Assembly: GCA_944389015.1 (NCBI GenBank)
Contig: CALXKS010000067.1
Span: 18,102 to 82,101 of the forward strand
DNA length: 64,000 bases
Direction: 5' to 3'
Source of the DNA: an uncultured Spirochaetaceae bacterium
GTDB taxonomy: Bacteria > Spirochaetota > Spirochaetia > Sphaerochaetales > Sphaerochaetaceae
This document shows, one piece after another, positions 9,299-17,135 of the stretch (position 1 is the first letter of the stretch; each line of letters opens with the position of its first letter). The position numbers were made by a program, and so were the translations under genes. The notes under the pieces are model-generated. The model worked only from the letters and a program-made list of their open reading frames with translations. It did no database searches and had not been told where the DNA came from.

Positions 9299-9917
9299 AT
9301 CCTCTTATTTCAGCGCCTTTTCCTCTTATCAAAGCAACTGCCTGATCAATATCGAGCTTTGCGCCATGTATTTCAGAAAGGTCCACAGAAAGGGCTATCC
9401 CATCGATTGTGCTGTCAGCCAGGCTGAGACCGGCAAGGTTCGTTCCCATGAATGAAACAGAGGAAAGATCCGATTTCCCTATTGCCGATGATGAGATCTT
9501 CATGCCAGAGAAAGATGATGATGTGAAATCTGAAGAGATGAGCAGGGAATCTATCATCGATGACTCATCAAACGATGAATAACGGCAGATGCAGTTCTCC
9601 ATCCGGATCTTCCTTATCCTGCACCCTGATAGATGCATGCCTGTAAGCTTTGATGATATGAATGAGACATTGGAAAGCAGGCACCCGGAGAAATCGGCAC
9701 CAGAGAGATCTACACCATCAAAGACGACATCGGTGAATGCGCCTCCGCTGAACGAGACCCCATGCATATCCGAAGAACGGATTACAGAAGATCTTATGAT
9801 GCAGCCAGAGAAATCCCCTGAATCAAATGAAGCATTTTCCAGCTCAAAACCCTCTGCCTCCATGTCGGAGGAAAGAGCAGAGAGGATCTCAGCGGGAATG
9901 CCTGTCCTTGAGGACAT
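9297..9917 (-). CDS. Pentapeptide-repeat protein
   Basis: 206 aa of tandem A(D/N)LxX-type pentapeptides (GVSFSGGAFTDVVFDGVDLSGADFSGCLLSNVSFISSKLTGMHLSGC...). The 5' end overlaps the hisIE 3' end by 29 nt; alternative start at 9863. Confidence 0.8.
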   Translation of the reverse strand: MSSRTGIPAEILSALSSDMEAEGFELENASFDSGDFSGCIIRSSVIRSSDMHGVSFSGGAFTDVVFDGVDLSGADFSGCLLSNVSFISSKLTGMHLSGCRIRKIRMENCICRYSSFDESSMIDSLLISSDFTSSSFSGMKISSSAIGKSDLSSVSFMGTNLAGLSLADSTIDGIALSVDLSEIHGAKLDIDQAVALIRGKGAEIRG

Positions 9918-10497
9918 CTATAACCTCGGAAAGGGTTGTATCCTTCTGTGCCAGAAGCACCAGGAAATGATAAACAAGATCTGCAGCCTCTCCAAGGAAC
10001 AGCTCCTTGTCATTATCCTTTGCCTCGATTACAAGCTCAACAGCTTCCTCTCCGACCTTCTGTGCAATCTTGTTCAGGCCTCTTGAGAAAAGATGGTTTG
10101 TATACGAGCCTTCGACAGGATTGGAGCGTCTGTCACGGATTACGGACTCAAGATAGAAAAGGAACTCAGGGGATGAGATCTCAGATGGCTCATTCTCCTC
10201 CCCGAAACAGGTATCAGCACCTGTGTGGCAGACAGGTCCTGATGGGATTGCCTTGACCAGAAGCGTATCACCATCACAGTCAGCCAGCATCTCCCTGAGC
10301 TGGAGGAAGTTGCCGCTTGTTTCCCCTTTTGTCCATATTCTGTTCCTGGATCTTGAGAAGAATGTCACAAGGCCGCGATCAAGAGTCAGCCTGTAAGCCT
10401 CCTCATTCATGTAGCCAAGCATCAGAACCTTTCTTGTAACTGCATCCTGCACTATAGCAGGAACCAATCCACCACCCTTTTCAAAATCAATAGTCAT
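9889..10497 (-). CDS. hisI: Bifunctional phosphoribosyl-AMP cyclohydrolase / phosphoribosyl-ATP pyrophosphatase HisIE
   Basis: 202 aa. GLVPAIVQD...YFSRSRNRIWTKGETSGNFL...DCDGDTLL...GPVCHTG (HisI) followed by the SYTNHLF...KIAQKVGEEAVE...AADLVYH (HisE) motifs. Confidence 0.9.
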   Translation of the reverse strand: MTIDFEKGGGLVPAIVQDAVTRKVLMLGYMNEEAYRLTLDRGLVTFFSRSRNRIWTKGETSGNFLQLREMLADCDGDTLLVKAIPSGPVCHTGADTCFGEENEPSEISSPEFLFYLESVIRDRRSNPVEGSYTNHLFSRGLNKIAQKVGEEAVELVIEAKDNDKELFLGEAADLVYHFLVLLAQKDTTLSEVIDVLKDRHSR

Positions 10498-10536
10498 TCA
10501 GAACTCCTCAGATTATCAAGAACCCCGGTCCCCGGA

Positions 10537-10550
10537 CATCCTTAAGGATG
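10537..10550. promoter_or_regulatory. Perfect 14-bp palindrome CATCCTTAAGGATG in the hisIE 5' leader
   Basis: Read from the sequence, about 40 bp upstream of the hisIE ATG. A TTGACT...TAATAT promoter-like pair lies further upstream on the minus strand. Function unknown. Confidence 0.2.
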
Positions 10551-10681
10551 AATCAGGAAGAATATACTGATATTAGTCTGATTCCATACCCTAAAGTCAA
10601 CCCATGGCTTGGATTACACCCCACGCCTTAGGATCACCTCCATTCCATCGGAAAGTGCTGTCTGGGACAGTTGCTATGTAC

Positions 10682-10727
10682 TTTTAGCAATATCTATCCG
10701 ACGTATATATTGATTTTTAGCAATATC
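10682..10727 (+). repeat. Two exact copies of TTTTAGCAATATC (10682-10694, 10715-10727), 33 bp apart, just upstream of tRNA-Leu
   Basis: Exact 13-nt direct repeat seen in the sequence. The first copy gives TTAGCA-N16-TATATT, a plausible sigma70-type promoter. Confidence 0.5.
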
Positions 10728-10751
10728 CTAGTTTATGATGCCTATATCGTT

Positions 10752-10835
10752 GCCCAGATGGCGGAACTGGTAGACGCGCTAGTTTCAGGTACTAGTCTCT
10801 GCAAAGAGATGGGGGTTCGAGTCCCCCTCTGGGCA
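10752..10835 (+). tRNA. tRNA-Leu (anticodon CAG), class II with long variable arm
   Basis: GCCCAGA acceptor pairs with TCTGGGC. Anticodon stem CTAGT/ACTAG with loop TTCAGGT. Variable arm TCTCTGCAAAGAGA. T-arm GGGGG-TTCGAGT-CCCCC. CCA is not encoded. Confidence 0.9.
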
Positions 10836-10921
10836 TGAAACCTTCTTTATCCTATCTTAGGTCTATTGCATATCTGCTTAAGCTATATACTTTTTGCAAT
10901 CAAAACAGTATCCTGTCACAC

Positions 10922-11767
10922 ATGGTCAGAGTTTTATTCCTTGGGGAGATAACAGGACGGCCGGGCATTGCCTGTCTGAAGAACGGACTGTCATCTCTCA
11001 AGAAGAAATATGATGTTGATTATACAATAGCCAATGGCGAGGGAATGACCGGAGGCTTTGGTATTGGAAGAGCTCATGCAGCACAGCTGACGAAGATGGG
11101 CATTGATCTCATAACAGGTGGAGAGAAGCTCTTCTATAAGCTCGATATGGTCGATTTCATCCAGAAGGCTGGTTTCATACTCCGGCCTGCGAACTACCCT
11201 CCCCAGTGCCCGGGAAGAAGTTACCGCGCTGTCGATATCAAAGGGAGGAAATTCATAGTGATCAATCTTCAGGGCAATGCGCTCTTCCCGAGACAGAGCA
11301 TACAGAATGCATTCTCCTCAATTGATATGCTGCTGAAGAAACTCTCTGAAAAGGAACCAGAAGCTATAATACTGCTCCAGTTCCATGCAGCGACGACTGC
11401 TGAGAAGAAGACAATGAGATTCTTCCTGGATGGAAGAGCAGCTGCTGTAATCGGAACACATACAAAGGTCCCGACTGCCGATGAGATGGTCACGCCTTCA
11501 GGACTTGCTTATATTACGGACAACGGAAGGGTCGGATCATTCATGTCCGTAGGAGGCTTTGATCCGGAGACCGAGATCAGGAAACTCAGATCGCAGCTTC
11601 CTGTCAGAAGCCAGGAATGCTGGGAAGATGGCATCATAGAAGGAGTTGTCGTCGATATAGATGAGGAGAGCGGGAAAAGCACTGGCATACACAGGATAAT
11701 GGAGAGAGCTGCAATCGCTGCACCGGGTAATGGAAATGAAGCAGATAGTGACAATTCAGGAAACTGA
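10922..11767 (+). CDS. ymdB: YmdB-family metallophosphoesterase (2',3'-cyclic-nucleotide phosphodiesterase-like, TIGR00282)
   Basis: Start moved to ATG 10922, because the ORF-track start overlaps the tRNA. VLFLGEITGRPG, ANGEGMTGGFGI, ITGGEKLF, HAATTAEK and GTHTKVPTAD are the YmdB motifs. Confidence 0.8.
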   Translation: MVRVLFLGEITGRPGIACLKNGLSSLKKKYDVDYTIANGEGMTGGFGIGRAHAAQLTKMGIDLITGGEKLFYKLDMVDFIQKAGFILRPANYPPQCPGRSYRAVDIKGRKFIVINLQGNALFPRQSIQNAFSSIDMLLKKLSEKEPEAIILLQFHAATTAEKKTMRFFLDGRAAAVIGTHTKVPTADEMVTPSGLAYITDNGRVGSFMSVGGFDPETEIRKLRSQLPVRSQECWEDGIIEGVVVDIDEESGKSTGIHRIMERAAIAAPGNGNEADSDNSGN

Positions 11768-12140
11768 GAACGGGAAGATCATAGCAGGATGCGATAAATC
11801 CCAGTGCGAGGGATGCAAAGGATCGTTCTTCTGCACATCGAAGAAATCAGACTTCCAGATTCTGAATCCGGAAGGGATAGATCTCAGGCCTGGGGATAAG
11901 GCTGAGATCGATCTTGAGCCTAAGAAGACGCTCTTCACTGTATTCATGAGTCTTGCATTCCCCCTTCTGATGTTCCTTCCCGGATATTTCATAGGTGCGC
12001 ACTTCTCTTCAAGCGAAGCAGTGCGTTTTATATGCTCCATCCTTGGAGTCGCTGCTGGATTCCTGATCGCATCCATCTATTTCAGAGTGACAAAGAGATC
12101 ATACCTGCCGGTTGTCACCGGGAAAAAGGAAGAAGAATGA
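11730..12140 (+). CDS. RseC/MucC-family (SoxR-reducing system) membrane protein
   Basis: 136 aa. N-terminal Cys cluster (CDKSQCEGCKGSFFC), then two TM helices, which is the typical RseC layout. Overlaps the ymdB 3' end. ATGA overlap with the next gene. Confidence 0.6.
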   Translation: MEMKQIVTIQETENGKIIAGCDKSQCEGCKGSFFCTSKKSDFQILNPEGIDLRPGDKAEIDLEPKKTLFTVFMSLAFPLLMFLPGYFIGAHFSSSEAVRFICSILGVAAGFLIASIYFRVTKRSYLPVVTGKKEEE

Positions 12141-12661
12141 GAAGGCTTCTCTGGGTTATCATAGTCTCCCTTCTTATGGCTTCCTGCTCTTTCGTCTCAG
12201 ATGACGGAACAGAGCATGAGAAGCTTGTCACGCCGGACATAATCCTTGAGAATGCCACATACACGCTCGGCCAGACCGGAGAACCTCCGATATTCATAAA
12301 AAGCAGCAGGATTGAGCTGTATTCCGATGATAACAGAGCCATCACAGAGGCTTTGTCATTTATCCAGTACAATGACGATGGGGAAATACGTCTTGAGGGA
12401 TCGGCAGACAGCTCTGAGATTGATACGGAATCAAAGGTCATGAAGCTTGATGGAAATGTCAGACTCGCAGAGAATGAGAGCGGAATGATGATTGAGGCAG
12501 ATACGCTCATGTTCGATAGCGAGAATGATGAAGTAACCGCAGATGGCAATGTAAAGGTTGTATCCGATGATGGCGAATTCGAGGGCACAGGCTTTGCAGG
12601 GGATCTTCTTCTATCATCGTACTCGTTTGCTTCAATTGAGAAAGGAGTCTTCAGGCTATGA
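12137..12661 (+). CDS. LptC-like lipoprotein (LPS export, periplasmic)
   Basis: Start at ATG 12137. Lipobox LLMASC. Beta-rich OstA/LptC-like repeats (MKLDGNVRL, VTADGNVKV). Position immediately upstream of lptA-like and lptB. Confidence 0.5.
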   Translation: MRRLLWVIIVSLLMASCSFVSDDGTEHEKLVTPDIILENATYTLGQTGEPPIFIKSSRIELYSDDNRAITEALSFIQYNDDGEIRLEGSADSSEIDTESKVMKLDGNVRLAENESGMMIEADTLMFDSENDEVTADGNVKVVSDDGEFEGTGFAGDLLLSSYSFASIEKGVFRL

Positions 12662-13323
12662 AGAGAATACTGCTGTTCATGGTTGTTCTTATGCTCATTA
12701 TGCTTCCACTCTGCGCGGATGGGGAAGAAGCTCCTGATACGGCAGAGGCTGCCGAGAGCGAAGAGATATCCTTTACCGGAGGACGCAGTTCCATTGTCCT
12801 CCGCGAAGGAAAGGAGAACGTCGTGCTCTCTGATGGAGCATCTGTCTCTGTGGGATCCATGGAAATCAGCGCAGATACGATAACACTCACAGGCGATGAC
12901 TGGAGATATGTGAACTGCGAAGGAGCTGCATTCGTATCCGATCCGGAACGCGGGATAACAATCAGGACCTCTGTCATATGGTATGACAGGATGGATGAGA
13001 GAATCCTCATATCAGAATGGTTTGAAGTCGATGATACTGTGAATGAAGTATCAGCAACAGGAGCTTCCCTTGAATACAGGCTCTCTGATGAGCGTCTTCA
13101 GCTGGACAAGAGCGTTTCCCTTCAGAAATCGACAGATTCTGGTATAATGAGATGTCAGGCTGAGAGCGTAATATTCTCAAGAAGCGAGAACATGCTGACG
13201 CTCAGAGGCAACGCTTCCGTCAACTGGGGAGGGGATAAATACAGTGCGGAAGTCATCTCTGTGGATCTCGATACCGATTCGATATCCCTTGAAGGAAGGA
13301 TCACAGGTAACATAAATGGCTGA
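12658..13323 (+). CDS. OstA/LptA-like periplasmic protein
   Basis: 221 aa with a signal peptide. Repeated beta-jellyroll segments (ISADTITLTGDD, LTLRGNASVNWGGDKYSAEVISVDLDTDSISLEG). ATGA overlap with lptC-like; 8-nt overlap with lptB. Confidence 0.6.
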   Translation: MKRILLFMVVLMLIMLPLCADGEEAPDTAEAAESEEISFTGGRSSIVLREGKENVVLSDGASVSVGSMEISADTITLTGDDWRYVNCEGAAFVSDPERGITIRTSVIWYDRMDERILISEWFEVDDTVNEVSATGASLEYRLSDERLQLDKSVSLQKSTDSGIMRCQAESVIFSRSENMLTLRGNASVNWGGDKYSAEVISVDLDTDSISLEGRITGNING

Positions 13324-14044
13324 GCTCAGTGCATTGCATCTATCTAAATTCTATGGGAAGAAGCATGTCGTGAAGAATGTCACTTTCACGATGCAGTCCG
13401 GTGATGTGACAGGGCTTCTCGGCCCAAATGGAGCTGGAAAGACAACTTCCTTCTATATGATAGTAGGTTTTATCAAAGCCAATGGAGGCTCTGTGCTTAT
13501 TGATGGCCATGATATCACTTCTCTTCCAATGCACAAACGCTCAAACATGGGATTGGCCTACCTTCCCCAGGAGCCCTCGATATTCCGTAAGCTCACAGTT
13601 GAAAACAATATAAAGCTTGTACTTGAGACACAGAAGAACCTCACAAAGGCTGAGCGTGAAGAACTTCTTGAAAGGCTGATCGATGATTTCGGCATACAGA
13701 AAGTCAGGAAGCAGTATGGCTACACCCTTTCCGGAGGAGAAAGAAGAAGGACGGAAATTGCCAGATCGCTTGCGACCTCCCCGAAATTCCTGCTTCTGGA
13801 TGAGCCTTTTGCCGGCATTGACCCGAAAGCAGTCTACGAGATAAAGCAGATCATAAAGCGCCTTGCAGCAAGCGGCATCGGGATTCTTCTTACGGATCAC
13901 AATGTACGCGATACTCTGGAGATAACGACAACAGCACACATAATCTCCGATGGAGAGATCCTTGTCTCAGGCACCAAGGAAGAGCTTCTCAATGATGAGA
14001 GGGCGAGAGAGATCTATTTCGGCCGTGATTTCGACAAGGAGTGA
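13316..14044 (+). CDS. lptB: LPS export ABC transporter ATP-binding protein LptB
   Basis: 242 aa. Walker A GPNGAGKTT, signature LSGGERRR, Walker B LLLDEPFAGIDP, YLPQEPSIFR motif. Location upstream of rpoN. Confidence 0.9.
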   Translation: MAELSALHLSKFYGKKHVVKNVTFTMQSGDVTGLLGPNGAGKTTSFYMIVGFIKANGGSVLIDGHDITSLPMHKRSNMGLAYLPQEPSIFRKLTVENNIKLVLETQKNLTKAEREELLERLIDDFGIQKVRKQYGYTLSGGERRRTEIARSLATSPKFLLLDEPFAGIDPKAVYEIKQIIKRLAASGIGILLTDHNVRDTLEITTTAHIISDGEILVSGTKEELLNDERAREIYFGRDFDKE

Positions 14045-14046
14045 GA

Positions 14047-15423
14047 ATGCAGCAGGGTTTAGGGCTCCAGATAGCAGCAAAACAGCAGCTGAAGATATCA
14101 ACGCAGCTGGTTGCGACTATGGAAACCCTTGCCGCAAGCACGGAGGAACTCAGGGAGAAGATAAAGAATGAGGCGGAGAAGAACCCCGTTCTCAAGATAA
14201 CCGAACGAACCCCCTCCTACTCTGATTTCAGCGACAGATATATCGCTTCTTCAGGCAAACGGGATAATTATTCAGATAGTGAACCCTACGATCCTGATGA
14301 CAGCAGACACAACTGGATAGAAGGCGTTGTGACCAGAAGCGAATCCCTGGAAGAGCATCTTATGAAACAGCTCGGTGAGACTGACATAGATGAGAGAACA
14401 AGGGAAGCGGCAGAGATTCTCATAACATCGCTCGACAAGAACGGATTCTTCCTATCCTCCCCCCTGCTCATTCTTCCAGAAAGGCTGTGGGACAGAAAAG
14501 ATGCGGCTTTGTCGATTCTCCATACGATGGATCCTTCCGGTATAGGTGCGATGGACTGGAGGGAGAGCCTGATACTCCAGGCAAAGGATAAAGGGCTCAA
14601 GGGAAAGGAACTTGAGATCTTCTCCGATCTAGTCTTCGATGAACTTGAGAGTCTCAGACAAGGGAAGATTGCCATCATCGCGAAAAGACTGAAGACCGAT
14701 GAGGGGGAAATCATCGCCCTATCCGATTTCCTCAAGACGCTCACTCCATTCCCTGGAAGGGAATACAGCTCAGACTGGGACCAATATGCGATTCCTGAGA
14801 TCTCAATAAGGAAGGAAGAGGATGGTAAGCTGCGGCTGAGGATAACACAGGATGCGCTTCCCTCCGTCGAGCTGGATCCAGAGTATACAGAGATGCTTTC
14901 CGAGCTGAAGAAAAGCGGGAACGGTGATGATAAAGAAGCATCCAGATTCCTCAAGGAGAAGGTAGCCTCCGCAGAAAGCCTCATCTCCCAGCTTGAGGCA
15001 CGTACGACAGCATTGGAGAAACTCGGAGCCCTGCTTATGGACAAGCAGAGGGATTTCTTCCTCTATGGGCCTCTGCATCTCAAAGGATTGACGATGAAGG
15101 AAGCTGCTGAGATCATCGGCGTGCATGAAGCGACTGTAAGCAGGATCGCAAGCTCGAAGTATATTGATACAGACTGGGGTATCTATCCGATCAGATCTCT
15201 GTTCTCAAGCTCAGTGGAATCCTCAGATGGTCAGAACATCTCAAAGAATGCCGTCAAGGAGATGATAAAGAAGATCATTGAGGAGAATACCGCAGGCAAA
15301 GCACTCTCCGATCAGAAGATCAGCGACATTCTCAAGGAACAGGGCATCACCGCAGCCCGGCGTACAGTCAGCAAATACAGAAAAGAGCTTAATATAGACT
15401 CATCATTCGAGAGAGCAAAATAG
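14047..15423 (+). CDS. rpoN: RNA polymerase sigma-54 factor RpoN
   Basis: MQQGLGLQIAAKQQLKISTQL region I, HTH, and C-terminal RpoN box ARRTVSKYR. Start placed at ATG 14047, after SD AAGGAG. Confidence 0.9.
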   Translation: MQQGLGLQIAAKQQLKISTQLVATMETLAASTEELREKIKNEAEKNPVLKITERTPSYSDFSDRYIASSGKRDNYSDSEPYDPDDSRHNWIEGVVTRSESLEEHLMKQLGETDIDERTREAAEILITSLDKNGFFLSSPLLILPERLWDRKDAALSILHTMDPSGIGAMDWRESLILQAKDKGLKGKELEIFSDLVFDELESLRQGKIAIIAKRLKTDEGEIIALSDFLKTLTPFPGREYSSDWDQYAIPEISIRKEEDGKLRLRITQDALPSVELDPEYTEMLSELKKSGNGDDKEASRFLKEKVASAESLISQLEARTTALEKLGALLMDKQRDFFLYGPLHLKGLTMKEAAEIIGVHEATVSRIASSKYIDTDWGIYPIRSLFSSSVESSDGQNISKNAVKEMIKKIIEENTAGKALSDQKISDILKEQGITAARRTVSKYRKELNIDSSFERAK

Positions 15424-15478
15424 TTCTGTTCATTTTCATTCAGATTCCTTTTGTTAGTTGGAACAAGCTGAGGTACAA

Positions 15479-15484
15479 TATAAT
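15479..15484 (+). promoter_or_regulatory. Candidate -10 box TATAAT upstream of hpf
   Basis: TATAAT sits 25 nt upstream of the hpf ATG. TTGGAA lies 15 nt upstream of it, which is suboptimal spacing. Sequence reading only. Confidence 0.3.
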
Positions 15485-15508
15485 CATCAAAAGAAGAAGG
15501 AGGAATTT

Positions 15509-15805
15509 ATGAATCTTACGTTCAGAGGTATCGGTTTCACCCCAGATGATGAAGACAGAGAATTCCTTGACAAGAAGCTGAAGAAGCTGAGTTTCGCGGA
15601 TGATTATCTGCATGATCTCGACATCGTAGCCAGAAAGGAAAGCAAGGGAATCGGATTCCATCTCGATGCAACGCTGCATTTTGCCTGGAAAAAGGAGAAG
15701 GTAGTATCGCAGGATGCATATGAGCTGCATGAGGGAATAGAGCTTCTGGCAGATAAGATACAGGCTGCGGCAAAGAAGGAAAAAGAGAAGACAATGGGAC
15801 TCTGA
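15509..15805 (+). CDS. hpf: Ribosome hibernation promoting factor / sigma-54 modulation protein (HPF/RaiA family, short form)
   Basis: Start ATG 15509, after SD GAAGGAGG. 98 aa with the typical fold pattern (FLDKKLKKL...HLDATLHF...ELHEGIELLADKIQ). Position directly after rpoN. Confidence 0.8.
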   Translation: MNLTFRGIGFTPDDEDREFLDKKLKKLSFADDYLHDLDIVARKESKGIGFHLDATLHFAWKKEKVVSQDAYELHEGIELLADKIQAAAKKEKEKTMGL

Positions 15806-15829
15806 CCGGAAATCAGACAATCCACAGGA

Positions 15830-15854
15830 GGGGAACGGCGAACGTTCCCCTTTT
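15830..15854 (+). terminator. Rho-independent terminator after hpf
   Basis: GGGGAACG-GCGAA-CGTTCCCC followed by TTTT. Confidence 0.6.
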
Positions 15855-15865
15855 CCATGCCGCTG

Positions 15866-15874
15866 TGATATAAT
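15866..15874 (+). promoter_or_regulatory. Extended -10 promoter element TGATATAAT (TGnTATAAT) whose predicted +1 coincides with the hprK ATG
   Basis: The hexamer ends at 15874, and the A of the hprK ATG is at 15881 (7 nt downstream). There is no Shine-Dalgarno sequence between them. Confidence 0.35.
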
Positions 15875-15880
15875 CCGTTC

Positions 15881-16879
15881 ATGAGTGAATTCACCGTCCT
15901 CGATCTTCTAGACCTTGATCTCAAGGAGCATAATCTCCTGCAGCTGACATGCATTGCAGGAAGATCAGGGCTGTCCCGGACAATTGAGAATGCGAAGATA
16001 TCCAGGCCAGGTCTTGCCCTTACCGGTTATTTCACAGGATTCTCAGGGAACAGCATACAGCTCATCGGACGTGGCGAGGAGGCCTATATCGACGAGCTTG
16101 AGAGCCGGAACGAATATGGGAACATAGAGAAGCTCTTCAGCTACCATATGCCATGCATAATATTCATCGGGGACTACAAGCCTTCAGATCACTTCAAGGA
16201 ACTTGCAGAGAAGAATGCGACAGCCATCCTTGCAACCCCGCTGGAATCATCAAGCTTCTCCAGGCGTCTTTATTCCATGCTGGATGAAGTCTTTGCAGAG
16301 ACCATGACAATACATGGAGTTCTTGTCGAAGTCTTCGGAATTGGAGTTCTGATCACAGGTCACAGTGGTGTGGGCAAGAGCGAGACAGCCCTTGAGCTCA
16401 TAGAGCGCGGACACAGGCTGATAAGCGACGACACGGTAAAGCTCAGGAACATATCCGACAACTACCTCATAGGCAGCGGAGAGAACCCGATGCTTGCACA
16501 CCATATGGAAATCAGGGGAATCGGAATAATCAATCTGACAAACCTCTTCGGCGTAGGAGCAATCAGGGAGAAGAAGCAGGTACAGCTCTCTGTATGCCTT
16601 GAGGAATGGAACAGCAGCAAGGAGTATGACAGGATCGGAGACAGCATAACCGATACATTCCTTGGCATAACGATCCCGAAGATAGTCATTCCTGTCAGAC
16701 CTGGACGCAATATACCGATGCTGATAGAGACTGCGGCAAGAAACGAGCGCCTCAAGAAGCTTGGCTACTACAGCGCTAAGGAATTCGATCAGAATGTCCT
16801 GAAATGGCTGGAAAGCGAGGCTGCAAGAAAGATGTATTTCAGCAGCGATGTTATAGGAGATGCAGACTTTGATCAGTAA
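15881..16879 (+). CDS. hprK: HPr kinase/phosphorylase
   Basis: 332 aa. GVLVEVFGIGVLITGHSGVGKSETALELIERGHRLISDDTV (P-loop) and HMEIRGIGIINL signature. Confidence 0.9.
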   Translation: MSEFTVLDLLDLDLKEHNLLQLTCIAGRSGLSRTIENAKISRPGLALTGYFTGFSGNSIQLIGRGEEAYIDELESRNEYGNIEKLFSYHMPCIIFIGDYKPSDHFKELAEKNATAILATPLESSSFSRRLYSMLDEVFAETMTIHGVLVEVFGIGVLITGHSGVGKSETALELIERGHRLISDDTVKLRNISDNYLIGSGENPMLAHHMEIRGIGIINLTNLFGVGAIREKKQVQLSVCLEEWNSSKEYDRIGDSITDTFLGITIPKIVIPVRPGRNIPMLIETAARNERLKKLGYYSAKEFDQNVLKWLESEAARKMYFSSDVIGDADFDQ

Positions 16880-17135
16880 GGAACTGGAAGTCCTGAACAG
16901 AGCAGGCATACATGCCCGCCCTGCATCAGAGATAGCAAAAAAGGCATCATCATACGCCTCTGATATCTTCCTGTCCCGGGACACAATGAAGATAAATGCC
17001 AAATCGATCATGGGAGTTATCACTCTCGGGGCAACCTACAGGACAAAAGTCCTATGCACTTGCAGTGGTCCTGATGAGGAAAACGCCATGAAAGGCATGG
17101 AAGATCTCTTCCTTTCACGCTTTGAGGAGCAGTAA
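16860..17135 (+). CDS. ptsH: Phosphocarrier protein HPr
   Basis: GIHARPAS (His active site) and KSIMGV (regulatory Ser). If translation starts at the in-frame TTG 16869, these residues become exactly His15 and Ser46, so that start is likely. Confidence 0.85.
   Translation: MQTLISKELEVLNRAGIHARPASEIAKKASSYASDIFLSRDTMKINAKSIMGVITLGATYRTKVLCTCSGPDEENAMKGMEDLFLSRFEEQ

Noticed and set aside
10548-10631. 27-codon plus-strand ORF (MNQEEYTDISLIPYPKVNPWLGLHPTP) in the hisIE/tRNA intergenic region.
   Set aside because: Only a weak SD (AAGG), no conservation evidence, and no His-rich leader-peptide character. It lies antisense to the hisIE leader. Not supportable.
10835-10921. ORF-track N-terminal extensions: ymdB from 10835; Ogl-like from 25388; hydro-lyase alpha from 48956; DUF1275 from 39154; lptC-like from 12032; NagB-like from 2686; Ntn hydrolase from 34589.
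   Set aside because: The extensions overlap the tRNA or the preceding gene, lack SD sequences, and have non-protein-like sequence. Internal ATGs with good SDs give family-typical N-termini.
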